DNA of 64,000 bases from assembly GCA_009991965.1 (NCBI GenBank), contig JAACWQ010000006.1, positions 7,174-71,173 of the forward strand, in the 5' to 3' direction. Origin of the DNA: Minisyncoccota bacterium. Its GTDB lineage: Bacteria; Patescibacteriota; Microgenomatia; UBA1400; PJMF01. This document shows positions 9,704 through 19,441 of this stretch, piece by piece. Below the pieces are notes generated by a model that did no database searches, had not been told where the DNA came from, and saw only the letters and a list, made by a program, of their open reading frames with translations. Position numbers and translations under genes: made by a program. Numbering within the stretch: the first letter of the stretch is position 1; each line of letters starts with the position of its first letter.

Positions 9704-10279
9704 ATGATTGCACATTTGACCGGCACACTACTCGAACTCAGCTCCCCAATAATTTTACAGGTTGGGGGAGTGGGATACGGTGTTCACGTCTCAGGCAAAC
9801 ACCTCGCGACCTGGTCCGAGGGACAAGAACTCTCACTCTGGATTCACACCAACGTAGCCGAAAAAACACTCGAGTTGTTTGGCTTTCCCGATAAAAAAGA
9901 AAAAGAGTTGTTTTTGCTGTTGCTGCAGGTATCAGGCGTCGGACCGAAGACAGCGCTGCAACTCAGCTCACTCGGTGGCGAGCAAATCAGCCGTGCGGTA
10001 CGAGCGGGGGAAGTACGTTTTTTCTCACAAGTGCCTCGCGTGGGCAAAAAACTAGCGCAAAAAATTATCATTGAGCTGGCCAGTAAACTCGGCAGCCTCG
10101 AAGAACTACAACTCGGCACGCTCGACACTGATCACGCAATGCTCCTAGAAGCAATGCTGTCACTTGGCTATGAGGAGCATGTGGTGTATGACACAGTAAG
10201 CAAAACTGACATGAGCAGCATCACTCTCGAGCAAGCCCTCAAGCAAACTATCCAAGCGTTTGGAAACAGCAAGCAATGA
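9704..10279 (+). CDS. ruvA: Holliday junction branch migration protein RuvA
   Basis: MIAHLTG, GGVGY, LFGF, VSGVGPKTA, VPRVGKKLAQKIIIEL. Confidence 0.95.
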   Translation: MIAHLTGTLLELSSPIILQVGGVGYGVHVSGKHLATWSEGQELSLWIHTNVAEKTLELFGFPDKKEKELFLLLLQVSGVGPKTALQLSSLGGEQISRAVRAGEVRFFSQVPRVGKKLAQKIIIELASKLGSLEELQLGTLDTDHAMLLEAMLSLGYEEHVVYDTVSKTDMSSITLEQALKQTIQAFGNSKQ

Positions 10280-11271
10280 AAAAAACCGACGAACCGGAGG
10301 ATATTTCACCAGAAGAAGCTGAGTTATTTACAAACTTGCGAGCGCAAACTTGGCCTGAATTTTTTGGGCAAGAAAATGTAAAAAAATCACTTTCTATCGC
10401 AATCGAAGCCGCGCGCAACCGCGAAGAACCGCTCGACCACTTATTACTCTATGGCCCACCAGGTCTTGGCAAAACCACCCTTTGCCACCTGATTGCAAAC
10501 GAGCTCAATGTCCAAACAAAAATTACTTCTGGCACCGCTCTTACCAAAGTGGGTGATTTGGCGGCCATCATCACAAACCTCAATCCGGGCGATATCTTGT
10601 TTATCGATGAAATTCACCGTTTGCCAAAAGCCGTAGAGGAAACATTATATCCGGCCATGGAAGACTACGCGCTCGATGTTGTGATTGGCAAAGGTCCCAC
10701 TGCGCGTTCAATTAGACTTGATCTACCGAAATTTACCCTAGTTGGTGCTACGACAAAATTTGGTTTATTGTCGGGACCATTTCGCGACCGCTTTGGCATT
10801 ATCCACCGACTTTCTTACTACGAATTGCTCGCGCTCCAGACCATTTTGCTGCACTCAGCCAAAAAACTAAACGTCACACTTCTCGAGTCTGGCGCAGTAG
10901 CCATTGCACAACGCGCACGAGGGACTCCAAGAATTGCGCTGAAATTACTCAAGCGAGTTCGTGATTATTTGGAAGTGAACCATCACCCCGAAATTACCGG
11001 TGAACTCGTACAAACAGCACTCGATTTGTTTGAAATTGACCAGCTTGGGCTAGACGATAGCGACCGTCGTTTGTTGACCTTGATTATTGATAAGCATCAA
11101 GGTGGCCCAGTCGGACTTAGCACGCTCGCGGCTGCGCTCCACGAAGATATGGTGACAATCGAAGAAGTGATTGAGCCGTACCTTATGCAGATTGGCTTTC
11201 TCAAACGCACCTCGCAGGGTAGAATGACTACGGAGGCTGCCAAAGCACATCTCAAAAACTCGAGTAAATAG
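10276..11271 (+). CDS. ruvB: Holliday junction DNA helicase RuvB
   Basis: GPPGLGKTT, FIDEIHRL, LYPAMED, RGTPRIA, GGPVG. Confidence 0.97.
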   Translation: MKKTDEPEDISPEEAELFTNLRAQTWPEFFGQENVKKSLSIAIEAARNREEPLDHLLLYGPPGLGKTTLCHLIANELNVQTKITSGTALTKVGDLAAIITNLNPGDILFIDEIHRLPKAVEETLYPAMEDYALDVVIGKGPTARSIRLDLPKFTLVGATTKFGLLSGPFRDRFGIIHRLSYYELLALQTILLHSAKKLNVTLLESGAVAIAQRARGTPRIALKLLKRVRDYLEVNHHPEITGELVQTALDLFEIDQLGLDDSDRRLLTLIIDKHQGGPVGLSTLAAALHEDMVTIEEVIEPYLMQIGFLKRTSQGRMTTEAAKAHLKNSSK

Positions 11272-11290
11272 GCGTATAGTTGGTATATAT

Positions 11291-11875
11291 ATGACTCTAG
11301 AACAGAAAATCATTCGTCGCCTCACCGCAATTTGGCTGGAAAGTGTCACTGGTTTTCTTTGGTGGGGAGTGGGCAATGTGCCACTACATCACGTTCGCCG
11401 TTTTTTTTATCGTTTGTTTGGTATGAGCATCGGTTCGGGCTCAACCCTACACATGGGTGCGCGAATTTATGATCCAAACCACATAACTATTGGTGAAGAC
11501 ACCATCATTGGTGAGCGAGCGACACTTGATGGCAGACAACAGCTGGCAAATTCACGAGGCGGAATTACTATCGGCAATCACACAGATATTGCATCTGAAG
11601 TCATGATTTGGTCTAGCGAGCATGATATTTCTAGCCCAGATTTCGCGGCCATTGAAGCCGCTGTTTCAATCGGCGACTATGTTTTTATTGGTCCAAGAGC
11701 AATCATTTTGCCAGGCGTTACGATTGGCTCTGGCGCAGTTATTGCTGCAGGTGCGGTCGTTACCAAAGATGTAGCAGCAAACACCATTGTTGGCGGAGTT
11801 CCGGCGAAAGCAATTGGCGAGAGAAACCCAAATAATTTGCACTACCGTTTGGGCAGAGCCCGCTGGTTTCAATAA
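11291..11875 (+). CDS. Hexapeptide-repeat (LbH) sugar O-acetyltransferase
   Basis: IGDYVFIGPRAIILPGVTIGSGAVIAAGAVVTKDV...GVPAK. Confidence 0.9.
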   Translation: MTLEQKIIRRLTAIWLESVTGFLWWGVGNVPLHHVRRFFYRLFGMSIGSGSTLHMGARIYDPNHITIGEDTIIGERATLDGRQQLANSRGGITIGNHTDIASEVMIWSSEHDISSPDFAAIEAAVSIGDYVFIGPRAIILPGVTIGSGAVIAAGAVVTKDVAANTIVGGVPAKAIGERNPNNLHYRLGRARWFQ

Positions 11876-11881
11876 CGTCTC

Positions 11882-12778
11882 ATGCGAGTAACAATCATTA
11901 TTGTCTCTTTCAACACCAAGGACCTCACGCTCCAAGCACTGCACGCTGTTGCCAATTCCTTTCCCTCAACTAGCAACCTTAAAAAATCAACAGAAATTAT
12001 TGTTGTCGACAACAACTCATCTGATGGGAGTGCGACAGCAGTTGAAAAACTCAGCACAACCTTTTCCTTGCCGCTCAAGGTACTGAGAAATCCCAAAAAT
12101 ACTGGCTTCGCGCATGCCAACAACCTTGCTATCAAACAAGCAAAAGGTGCGATTATTTTACTCCTCAACTCTGATACACAGGTGCAACCTGGGGCAATCG
12201 ATCAGCTGTATCAAACTTTACTGCTTCCAGCCAATAACAAGCTTGGCATCTTGGCAGCAGCATTACAAAATCAAGATGGCTCACCACAACCACAAGGTGG
12301 GGCGATGCCAAATCTCTGGACACTCACCAACCACCTTCTCATGTTCGACGACATCCCAGTACTGGGGAAATTTTTGCCGTCAACACAGCACGCTGGCTCG
12401 AAAGGTTGGGTCGCCGCAACAGCAGTTGCGATAAAACGGGAAGTCTTTGATGAAATTGGCCTACTCGATGAAAATATTTTTATGTACGGTGAAGATGTTG
12501 AATTTTGCTTGCGGGCGCGATATCACCTTTGGCTGGTCGGCATCGAACCACAAGCCAAAGTAACCCACTTGCAAGCTGCGAGCTCAAGCAAGAAATCAGC
12601 CATACTCGGAGAACTGCTTGGCTATAAATTTATTTGGGCCAAACACATGCCGCTGTGGCAACGACCTATTGTCAATTTGATAATTAATCTGGGCGTACGG
12701 CTTCGTTGGTGGATTTTTGCTACAATAGGCAGAAGAGAACAGGCGGATCTATATCGCGATCTCTTAGGTAAGGTGTAG
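11882..12778 (+). CDS. Glycosyltransferase family 2 (WbbL/rhamnosyltransferase-like)
   Basis: IIIVSFN, VVDNNSSDGS, NTGFAHANN, LLNSD, FMYGEDVEFC. Confidence 0.9.
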   Translation: MRVTIIIVSFNTKDLTLQALHAVANSFPSTSNLKKSTEIIVVDNNSSDGSATAVEKLSTTFSLPLKVLRNPKNTGFAHANNLAIKQAKGAIILLLNSDTQVQPGAIDQLYQTLLLPANNKLGILAAALQNQDGSPQPQGGAMPNLWTLTNHLLMFDDIPVLGKFLPSTQHAGSKGWVAATAVAIKREVFDEIGLLDENIFMYGEDVEFCLRARYHLWLVGIEPQAKVTHLQAASSSKKSAILGELLGYKFIWAKHMPLWQRPIVNLIINLGVRLRWWIFATIGRREQADLYRDLLGKV

Positions 12779-12780
12779 CA

Positions 12781-14421
12781 ATGAAATGGATTGATCGGTA
12801 TCTTCTGTTGGTACTTGGGGGCTTTTTAATTGGCTTTATCCCGCTCTATCCAAAGCTACCACTTTTTGATCTCATTCCTGGATACTTAGTTCGGGTTCGC
12901 CTCGAAGATATTTTTATCGCGCTGACCACTGCCGTTTGGCTCATACAACTAATACGGAAGAAGGTTACACTCAAAATCCCTCTAGCAAAGCTCTTTGGGT
13001 TGTATCTGCTTGCCGGCTTACTTTCTCTCATCAGCGCTATTTTTATTACCAAGACTATTCCCTTTGAACTGCTGCACGTAGGAAAATCTGCGTTGCATCT
13101 CCTGCGATATCTCGAGTACTTCACGCTCTTCTTTATTATTTTCTCGGCGCTCAAAACCAAAAAAGATCTTGGCATACTCCTCACCGTTAGCTTCATCACG
13201 CTGTTTGCTGTTTCTGTCTACGGAGTTGGGCAGCGCTATTTGTATTGGCCTGTGTACTCGACTATGAATAGAGAATTTAGCAATGGCTTACGTTTATACC
13301 TCACACCGCACGCACGCGTGCAATCTACCTTTGGTGGACACTATGATCTCGGAGGCTATCTTGTCCTCACGCTGCCATTTGTGCTGGCCGCGATCTATAG
13401 TTTTACCAAAAAAAAGCAACGACTTGCACTCTATATTCTGTTTTACTTTGGCATTTGGCTCATTACTGTCTCTGCATCTCGCGCTTCGTTTGGCTCACTC
13501 ATCCTCGCACTGGCGGTTGTCGTTACAATCTTTGCGCTCCAACAAAAAACGCTGCTCAAAAAAATCACCTGGTTTTTGCGACAGTCTATTCTTATTGCAA
13601 CTGGCTCAGGGTTACTTTTGGCACTTTTTGGTCAGGACATGTACGAGCGATTGATACAAATCCTAGAAGGCTTTCCCGCTGCCAATTCCTGGTACGAACA
13701 AGCAAATAAACAAGCCAAAGTAGTTTTCTACGAATATATCCCTGAGCATCTGAGTTTCTTACCAACGATAACGATCGACAAACCAGCAAATGGACTTTCA
13801 ACCGACGAAGCGGCCGCAATTGTCCCAGTCCTCGTCCCATCTGATGAGCGACCGGTCACAAAGCAGCCGAGCGATGTCTACGTCAACGTACCAGACCAAA
13901 AGCTCGTGGCCACCGTCTCTGCAGAAGGGGTAGAAACCATGGTGCTGGTAGAAACTGAACGGGTGTACTCACAAAATGCGCTCGATCGCGGCCTCTCAGT
14001 GGCCATACGACTCGATACGCTTTGGCCACAAGCAATTGCTGGTTTTTATAGCAACCCGCTCCTGGGTTCAGGCTACGCCACACTGACCAAAGAAACTGTC
14101 CAGCAATTCACCGAAGCAGAGAGTACCGACAACAATTATTTGCGCTCCCTTGGAGAAACCGGCCTGGCCGGCTTCATAACGTTCTACGGCAGTATTACCG
14201 CTGCGCTCACGCTCACAATTCGTACACTACGTAAGAAAGCAGGCAAAAAACTCACTGCTTTTGAAAAAATCGTACTGATCGGATTCATCGCAGGAACGCT
14301 CGGACTCTTGCTCAACGCTGTCTACATTGATGTCTTTGTCGCCTCAAAAATTGCGCAACTCTACTGGGCATATGCCGGCATGGCCATGGCTGTCTACTTC
14401 TGGCATAAAAATGAAAAATAA
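12781..14421 (+). CDS. O-antigen ligase/Wzy_C family membrane protein
   Basis: Multi-TM; SASRAS, IRLDTLWPQAI, NPLLGSGY, DNNYLRSLGETGLAG; paralog of the N-terminus of 1162..4239. Confidence 0.8.
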   Translation: MKWIDRYLLLVLGGFLIGFIPLYPKLPLFDLIPGYLVRVRLEDIFIALTTAVWLIQLIRKKVTLKIPLAKLFGLYLLAGLLSLISAIFITKTIPFELLHVGKSALHLLRYLEYFTLFFIIFSALKTKKDLGILLTVSFITLFAVSVYGVGQRYLYWPVYSTMNREFSNGLRLYLTPHARVQSTFGGHYDLGGYLVLTLPFVLAAIYSFTKKKQRLALYILFYFGIWLITVSASRASFGSLILALAVVVTIFALQQKTLLKKITWFLRQSILIATGSGLLLALFGQDMYERLIQILEGFPAANSWYEQANKQAKVVFYEYIPEHLSFLPTITIDKPANGLSTDEAAAIVPVLVPSDERPVTKQPSDVYVNVPDQKLVATVSAEGVETMVLVETERVYSQNALDRGLSVAIRLDTLWPQAIAGFYSNPLLGSGYATLTKETVQQFTEAESTDNNYLRSLGETGLAGFITFYGSITAALTLTIRTLRKKAGKKLTAFEKIVLIGFIAGTLGLLLNAVYIDVFVASKIAQLYWAYAGMAMAVYFWHKNEK

Positions 14422-15832
14422 CAAAGCACTACTCGCCATCGTTGCACTCGCATTTTGCCTCAGATTGTTTTATATCAGCGACCCTGTTTTGGAGTGGCAT
14501 AGTTTTCGCCAAGCAGACACAGCTTCTATCACCTATGAATATGTACAAAATGGTGTAGATATCCTGCACCCACGGTTTCATGATTTCTCAAATATCGCAT
14601 CAGGAAAAGACAATCTTGAGGGCTATCGTATGGTTGAGTTCCCCTGGATTCATGCGCTTTTGGCAAGCATTCTTCGTCTCGTCCCACAGTTTTCTCTCGT
14701 TGTAGCCAGTCGTTTATTCAGCGTTCTATTTTCACTCGTCACGTTGCTGAGCTTATACTTTTTTGTAAAATTATTTTCAAATAAAAAAACTGCCTTGCTA
14801 GCCGCAGCTACCTTTGCACTCTTGCCGTATGCGGTTTTTTATAGTCGAGTGATTCTGCCAGATCCGATCATGCTGGCGCTGAGTACCGCCTCACTCACTT
14901 TTTTTGCCTACTGGCTCGAAAGAAATAAATGGTGGCAGTATCTAGCAAGTTTTGTACTCCTCGGTCTTGCTGCGCTCACGAAACCATTTGTGCTCTTCCT
15001 CGCACCAGTCTACCTCGCGCTGCTACTGGTGAAATTACTTGCTCGAAGTTTAAAAAAAGAACAGTTCTTTTGGAGTTTATTGTTGCCCGTCAGTCTTGTG
15101 CCGCTCCTGTGGTGGCGCAACTGGATTACGCAATTTCCCTCTGGAATTCCTGCTTCCGACTGGCTCTACAACGGCCTTATAAATGGCAAAGCGCCCCGTT
15201 TTCAACCAGTGTGGTTTCGCTGGCTTGGCTACGAGCGAGTAATGAAACTTATTTTGGGTTACTTCGGCACCGTCTTCTTCCTGCCAATCTTGTTGCACTG
15301 GAAAAAATTGCAAACTACAGAACTATTGGTATACGGTAGTTGGTGGGTCAGTATTGCGGCCTACTTCACTGTCATCGCACGTGGCAATATTCAACACGAT
15401 TACTACCAGATACTTGCGTTGCCAATCATCTGTATCACCGTGGCCAAGGGAGCGATGCTACTTGCCAAAAAACTCCCCCCAGTTGTGGTGGCGGGACTCT
15501 ATCTGCTTATGTTGCTCTTTTCCTACAATCTGGTCAAAGAGTACTACAAGATAAACCACTGGGAATACCAACGAGCCGGGCAGCGGGTGCAAGAGCTCGT
15601 GCCGAAAGATGCCATCGTGATTGCACCAGCTTTTGGAGACACTTCATTTTTGTTTCAGACAAGACATCGTGGCTGGCCGATTGGTTTCGAGATTGACAAA
15701 AAAATTGCTATGGGTGCACAGTACTATGTGACAACAAGTTATGATGATGAGGCAAGAATGCTTGAATCACAGTATGAAACGGTAGAGAAGACTCCGGAAT
15801 ATCTTATCTTTAATCTACAAAACCCACTATGA
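14411..15832 (+). CDS. GT-C/ArnT-like (GT39/GT83) membrane glycosyltransferase
   Basis: WHSFRQADTA, EFPW, FYSRVILPD, ALTKP, HDYYQ; ATG at 14411. Confidence 0.8.
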   Translation: MKNNKALLAIVALAFCLRLFYISDPVLEWHSFRQADTASITYEYVQNGVDILHPRFHDFSNIASGKDNLEGYRMVEFPWIHALLASILRLVPQFSLVVASRLFSVLFSLVTLLSLYFFVKLFSNKKTALLAAATFALLPYAVFYSRVILPDPIMLALSTASLTFFAYWLERNKWWQYLASFVLLGLAALTKPFVLFLAPVYLALLLVKLLARSLKKEQFFWSLLLPVSLVPLLWWRNWITQFPSGIPASDWLYNGLINGKAPRFQPVWFRWLGYERVMKLILGYFGTVFFLPILLHWKKLQTTELLVYGSWWVSIAAYFTVIARGNIQHDYYQILALPIICITVAKGAMLLAKKLPPVVVAGLYLLMLLFSYNLVKEYYKINHWEYQRAGQRVQELVPKDAIVIAPAFGDTSFLFQTRHRGWPIGFEIDKKIAMGAQYYVTTSYDDEARMLESQYETVEKTPEYLIFNLQNPL

Positions 15833-17034
15833 AAATCCTCATGCTCACTCCCTATCTGCCGTACCCGCTTCTCTCGGGTGGACAGATCCGCACCTACAAT
15901 TTGCTGAAGCAACTGTCTGAAAAACACCAAGTGACGCTTTTTTCACTGATTAAAGATCAAGATGAAACGAAGTATATTCCAGAACTTTTGAAGTACTGCG
16001 CCGACGTCCGCGTGTTTCGGCGGTCAAAAACTCCTTTTACTCTCCGCAACATTGCAAAAACTGCAATTTCCTCATACCCTTTTTTGGTAATTCGCAATTA
16101 TGTGTCAGAGGTAACTCAAGCAATTGAACAAGAACTCCAGCGAACTGATTTTGATCTCCTCCATGCCGAGACCTTTTATATGATGCCGCATCTGCCAAAA
16201 ACAAAAACCCCGACTATTCTTGTCGAGCAAACCATCGAGTATTTGGGCTATGAGAGTTATGCAAAACAAGCGTTTCCACTCATTCGACCACTGCTTAATC
16301 TTGATATCAAAAAAATTAAACGTTGGGAGTCATACTACTGGGAACGAGCAGATCAGCTTATCGTCATGAGCGAGCAAGACAAGGACTTCATTAAACAAAC
16401 TACGAAAGTACAAAATGACATTGCCGTTGTCGCCAATGGAGTTGACGCAGCATGGTTTAGCGAAAAACCAAAAATTTCCCACAAAAACCCAACTGTGCTG
16501 TTTGTCGGTACCTTTAAGTGGCTGCCGAATAGGGAAGCCGTGCGATATCTTGTGCACGAGATTTGGCCCCACATTTTGGCAAAACTTCCAAACGCAAAAT
16601 TGCATATTGTCGGCAACGCTCCAACTGATGAGATTAAAAAATTTGAGCACGAGTATCCAAATATAGTAGTCAAAGGCAGGGTAGAAGACATTCGCGACGC
16701 ATTTGCAGTGGCAGATGTACTAGTAGCGCCAGTCTTTAGCGGCAAAGGCACACGCTACAAAGTGCTCGAAGCAATGGCGTCTGGAACTCCACTTGTTGCC
16801 ACACCAACTGCGGTTGAAGGACTACACTTGCAAGAGAACACCCACGCGCTTATTGGAAACACCGGAATAGAGCTTGCGAAACAAACACTGATACTATTAA
16901 ACTCAGCGTCATTACGAGAAAAGCTTGCGCAGGCAAGTAAACAGTTTGTGCAGAAAAACTATGATTGGCAAAGTATTTCATCACAGCTTGATATAATCTA
17001 TCGACACATCGGAGCCAGCAATGAAAACAAGTAA
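15829..17034 (+). CDS. Glycosyltransferase family 4
   Basis: PYPLLSGGQIR, NGVD, GTRYKVLEAMASG. Confidence 0.9.
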   Translation: MKILMLTPYLPYPLLSGGQIRTYNLLKQLSEKHQVTLFSLIKDQDETKYIPELLKYCADVRVFRRSKTPFTLRNIAKTAISSYPFLVIRNYVSEVTQAIEQELQRTDFDLLHAETFYMMPHLPKTKTPTILVEQTIEYLGYESYAKQAFPLIRPLLNLDIKKIKRWESYYWERADQLIVMSEQDKDFIKQTTKVQNDIAVVANGVDAAWFSEKPKISHKNPTVLFVGTFKWLPNREAVRYLVHEIWPHILAKLPNAKLHIVGNAPTDEIKKFEHEYPNIVVKGRVEDIRDAFAVADVLVAPVFSGKGTRYKVLEAMASGTPLVATPTAVEGLHLQENTHALIGNTGIELAKQTLILLNSASLREKLAQASKQFVQKNYDWQSISSQLDIIYRHIGASNENK

Positions 17035-17899
17035 GCCAGATTTAGAACTTATTTTTCTCAACTACAACAGTGATTTTTGGATAGAAAAAGCACTAACTTC
17101 ACTACAAAAATTTTACCTTAAAAAGACAAAACTGAACGTGGTTATCACCATTGTTGACAACGCAAGCAGCGATAGCTCGCTAGAATCAGTGGCAGAATGT
17201 TGCCCAAAAGGAAAGATTATAAAACTCGATGAAAATCTTGGATTTGCAGAAGCAAACAATAAGGCACTCGCACTTTCGGAAGCCCGTTACACTATGTTAC
17301 TCAATTCTGATGTAGAGTTTACCCCTGGATCCAACCTCGACGAGCTTGTTGCGTATATGGATGCAAATCCAAAAGTTGCAGTAGTTACCCCAAAGCTGAC
17401 ATTCTTTTCTGGCAAACTCGATCCGGCCTCGCACCGTGGCGAACCAACCATCTGGGCATCATTGACCTACTTTGCCAGACTCGAACAATTATTTCCACAA
17501 TCTGAAAAATTTGCCCAGTACCACCAAACATTTAAAAATTTCAATGAGATACACGAAATTGACGCTTGCTCTGGCGCTGCATTTTTATCTCGTACAGCAC
17601 TCTATAAAAAAGTTGGCTTGCTCGATGAGCAATTTTTTATGTATGCGGAAGACCTGGATTGGTGTCGACGATTTAGAGAAGCTGGATACAAAATTGTCTT
17701 CATCCCCAATGTGACAATCATTCATCATAAATATAAATCAGGTATCAAACAGTCGTCACAAAGTATTGCGCAAAAAACGCAATTTCACTTTTACAACACC
17801 ATGCTACAATATTACGATAAACACTATGCCAAAAGGTATCCAACTGTGATACGCTGGCTACTTAAGTATTTTCTCGCTCTAAAGAAAGGCGGACTATGA
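17021..17899 (+). CDS. Glycosyltransferase family 2
   Basis: VDNASSD, NLGFAEANN, LLNSD, FFMYAEDLDWC. Confidence 0.9.
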   Translation: MKTSKPDLELIFLNYNSDFWIEKALTSLQKFYLKKTKLNVVITIVDNASSDSSLESVAECCPKGKIIKLDENLGFAEANNKALALSEARYTMLLNSDVEFTPGSNLDELVAYMDANPKVAVVTPKLTFFSGKLDPASHRGEPTIWASLTYFARLEQLFPQSEKFAQYHQTFKNFNEIHEIDACSGAAFLSRTALYKKVGLLDEQFFMYAEDLDWCRRFREAGYKIVFIPNVTIIHHKYKSGIKQSSQSIAQKTQFHFYNTMLQYYDKHYAKRYPTVIRWLLKYFLALKKGGL

Positions 17900-18339
17900 A
17901 CAATAAAGCACTGCAATTTAAGATTAAAAATCTTAGAACCACGTCGATACAACACACGATGGAAGGGCTCTTTGTTGTCGTTTCTAGTTTATTTGTGACG
18001 GCACTGTTGCCCTCACTCTTAATCAAATACCTGTATGCAAACGCACAATTGTTTGAGCAACCAAAACTTCTTGAATACATTCCTGTAGCGACATTTGCCA
18101 TTTCTGCCGCATACATCGTATTCGTCATTTTTGGCAACATCACTCGTGGCGCAAAAATTCGCCAAGCAGAAGCAGAGCTCGCTATTGCAAACTCTCTCGT
18201 CGCAAACGATATGGGTACAACCCAAGAAGAATTGGCAGAGCTTGAAAAGATCGTAGACAGTGCTTTGGCAAAGCCAAAGAAAGCAGGTCGTCCTAGTGTC
18301 AAAAAAGCTATGACTACACGAAAGAAAAGCGCTAAATAA
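17896..18339 (+). CDS. Hypothetical 2-TM protein with Lys-rich C-terminal tail
   Basis: ATGA overlap with upstream gene; two hydrophobic segments; tail KPKKAGRPSVKKAMTTRKKSAK. Confidence 0.75.
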   Translation: MNNKALQFKIKNLRTTSIQHTMEGLFVVVSSLFVTALLPSLLIKYLYANAQLFEQPKLLEYIPVATFAISAAYIVFVIFGNITRGAKIRQAEAELAIANSLVANDMGTTQEELAELEKIVDSALAKPKKAGRPSVKKAMTTRKKSAK

Positions 18340-18343
18340 TACA

Positions 18344-19441
18344 GTGCTCAGAATTGGAATCGATTGCCGGCTGGCTGGACTCAGTCATGCCGGCATAGGT
18401 CGGTACATCTCAAGCTTCGTTCCAAAAGTTCTTTCTCTACTCCAAGATGAAGCAGAAGTTGTACTTTTTTGTTCAACCAAAGAACAAGCGCGAGATCTTT
18501 GTTTTGCAAAGTCGCCTCGTATAGAGATCGTTATTGCTCCCTACAAACACTACTCACTTGCAGAGCAGACTGTATTTTTATCCGTTCTCAACAAACAAAA
18601 ATTAGACCTACTGCATGTTCCACATTTTAATGTGCCGTATTTTTACGCAGGAACTTTTGTCGTCACGATTCATGACCTGCTGTGGCACAAACAACGCGGC
18701 CTACAAGTGACAACTCTCAACCCCGTGGTGTATTGGCTCAAGTATTTTTTCTACACTCACATCGTCGCACGAGCTGTCTCGCGTGCAAAAAAAATCTTCG
18801 TACCATCACAAACAATTGCGACTGAATTAGCGGCTACGTACCCTATAGCAAAAGAAAAAACCGTAGTTACTTACGAAGGAGTCGGCGATAGTTTACTCAA
18901 AGTACAATTACCAACACTTGCGCGCAAAACCAATACCTTACTCTACGTTGGCTCTCTCTATCCACACAAAAATATCGCAATCGTTTTGCAGTTACTACAA
19001 CAACACCCAGAGCTGAAGCTTGAAGTAGTTACCGCGCGCTCTGCCTTTGTAAAACGTGTAAAGCAGCAAATCACTGCGCTCAAAGTTCAAAACCAAGTAC
19101 AATTCTTTTTGTCTATAGATGACAGAGCGCTGGCCAAGCGGTACCGGGAAGCAACTGCTCTCATTCAACCTTCTTTTTCTGAAGGCTTTGGCCTTACTGG
19201 TCTAGAAGCTTTGATGCAAAACACACCAGTACTAGCCTCAGACATTCCTATATTCCATGAAATTTATCAAGCCTATGCGACATTTTTTGATCCAAGAAAT
19301 ATCACCTCACTCGAAACAGCGTGGAACTCAGTAGCAACTCATAAACAAGAAGTGACACTGCCTGACAACTTCAGCAAGCGCTACAACTGGGACACGCTTG
19401 CAAAACAAACACTCGATGTCTACCGCAACGCACTTACCTAA
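18344..19441 (+). CDS. Glycosyltransferase family 4
   Basis: GIGRY, HVPHFNVP, TIHDL, YPHKN, EGFGLTGLEA. Confidence 0.9.
   Translation: MLRIGIDCRLAGLSHAGIGRYISSFVPKVLSLLQDEAEVVLFCSTKEQARDLCFAKSPRIEIVIAPYKHYSLAEQTVFLSVLNKQKLDLLHVPHFNVPYFYAGTFVVTIHDLLWHKQRGLQVTTLNPVVYWLKYFFYTHIVARAVSRAKKIFVPSQTIATELAATYPIAKEKTVVTYEGVGDSLLKVQLPTLARKTNTLLYVGSLYPHKNIAIVLQLLQQHPELKLEVVTARSAFVKRVKQQITALKVQNQVQFFLSIDDRALAKRYREATALIQPSFSEGFGLTGLEALMQNTPVLASDIPIFHEIYQAYATFFDPRNITSLETAWNSVATHKQEVTLPDNFSKRYNWDTLAKQTLDVYRNALT

Noticed and set aside
1789-13415. A8 homopolymers in the two ligase-like genes as phase-variation tracts
   Set aside because: Short runs encoding Lys-rich cytoplasmic loops, both in frame; similar runs are common in the window
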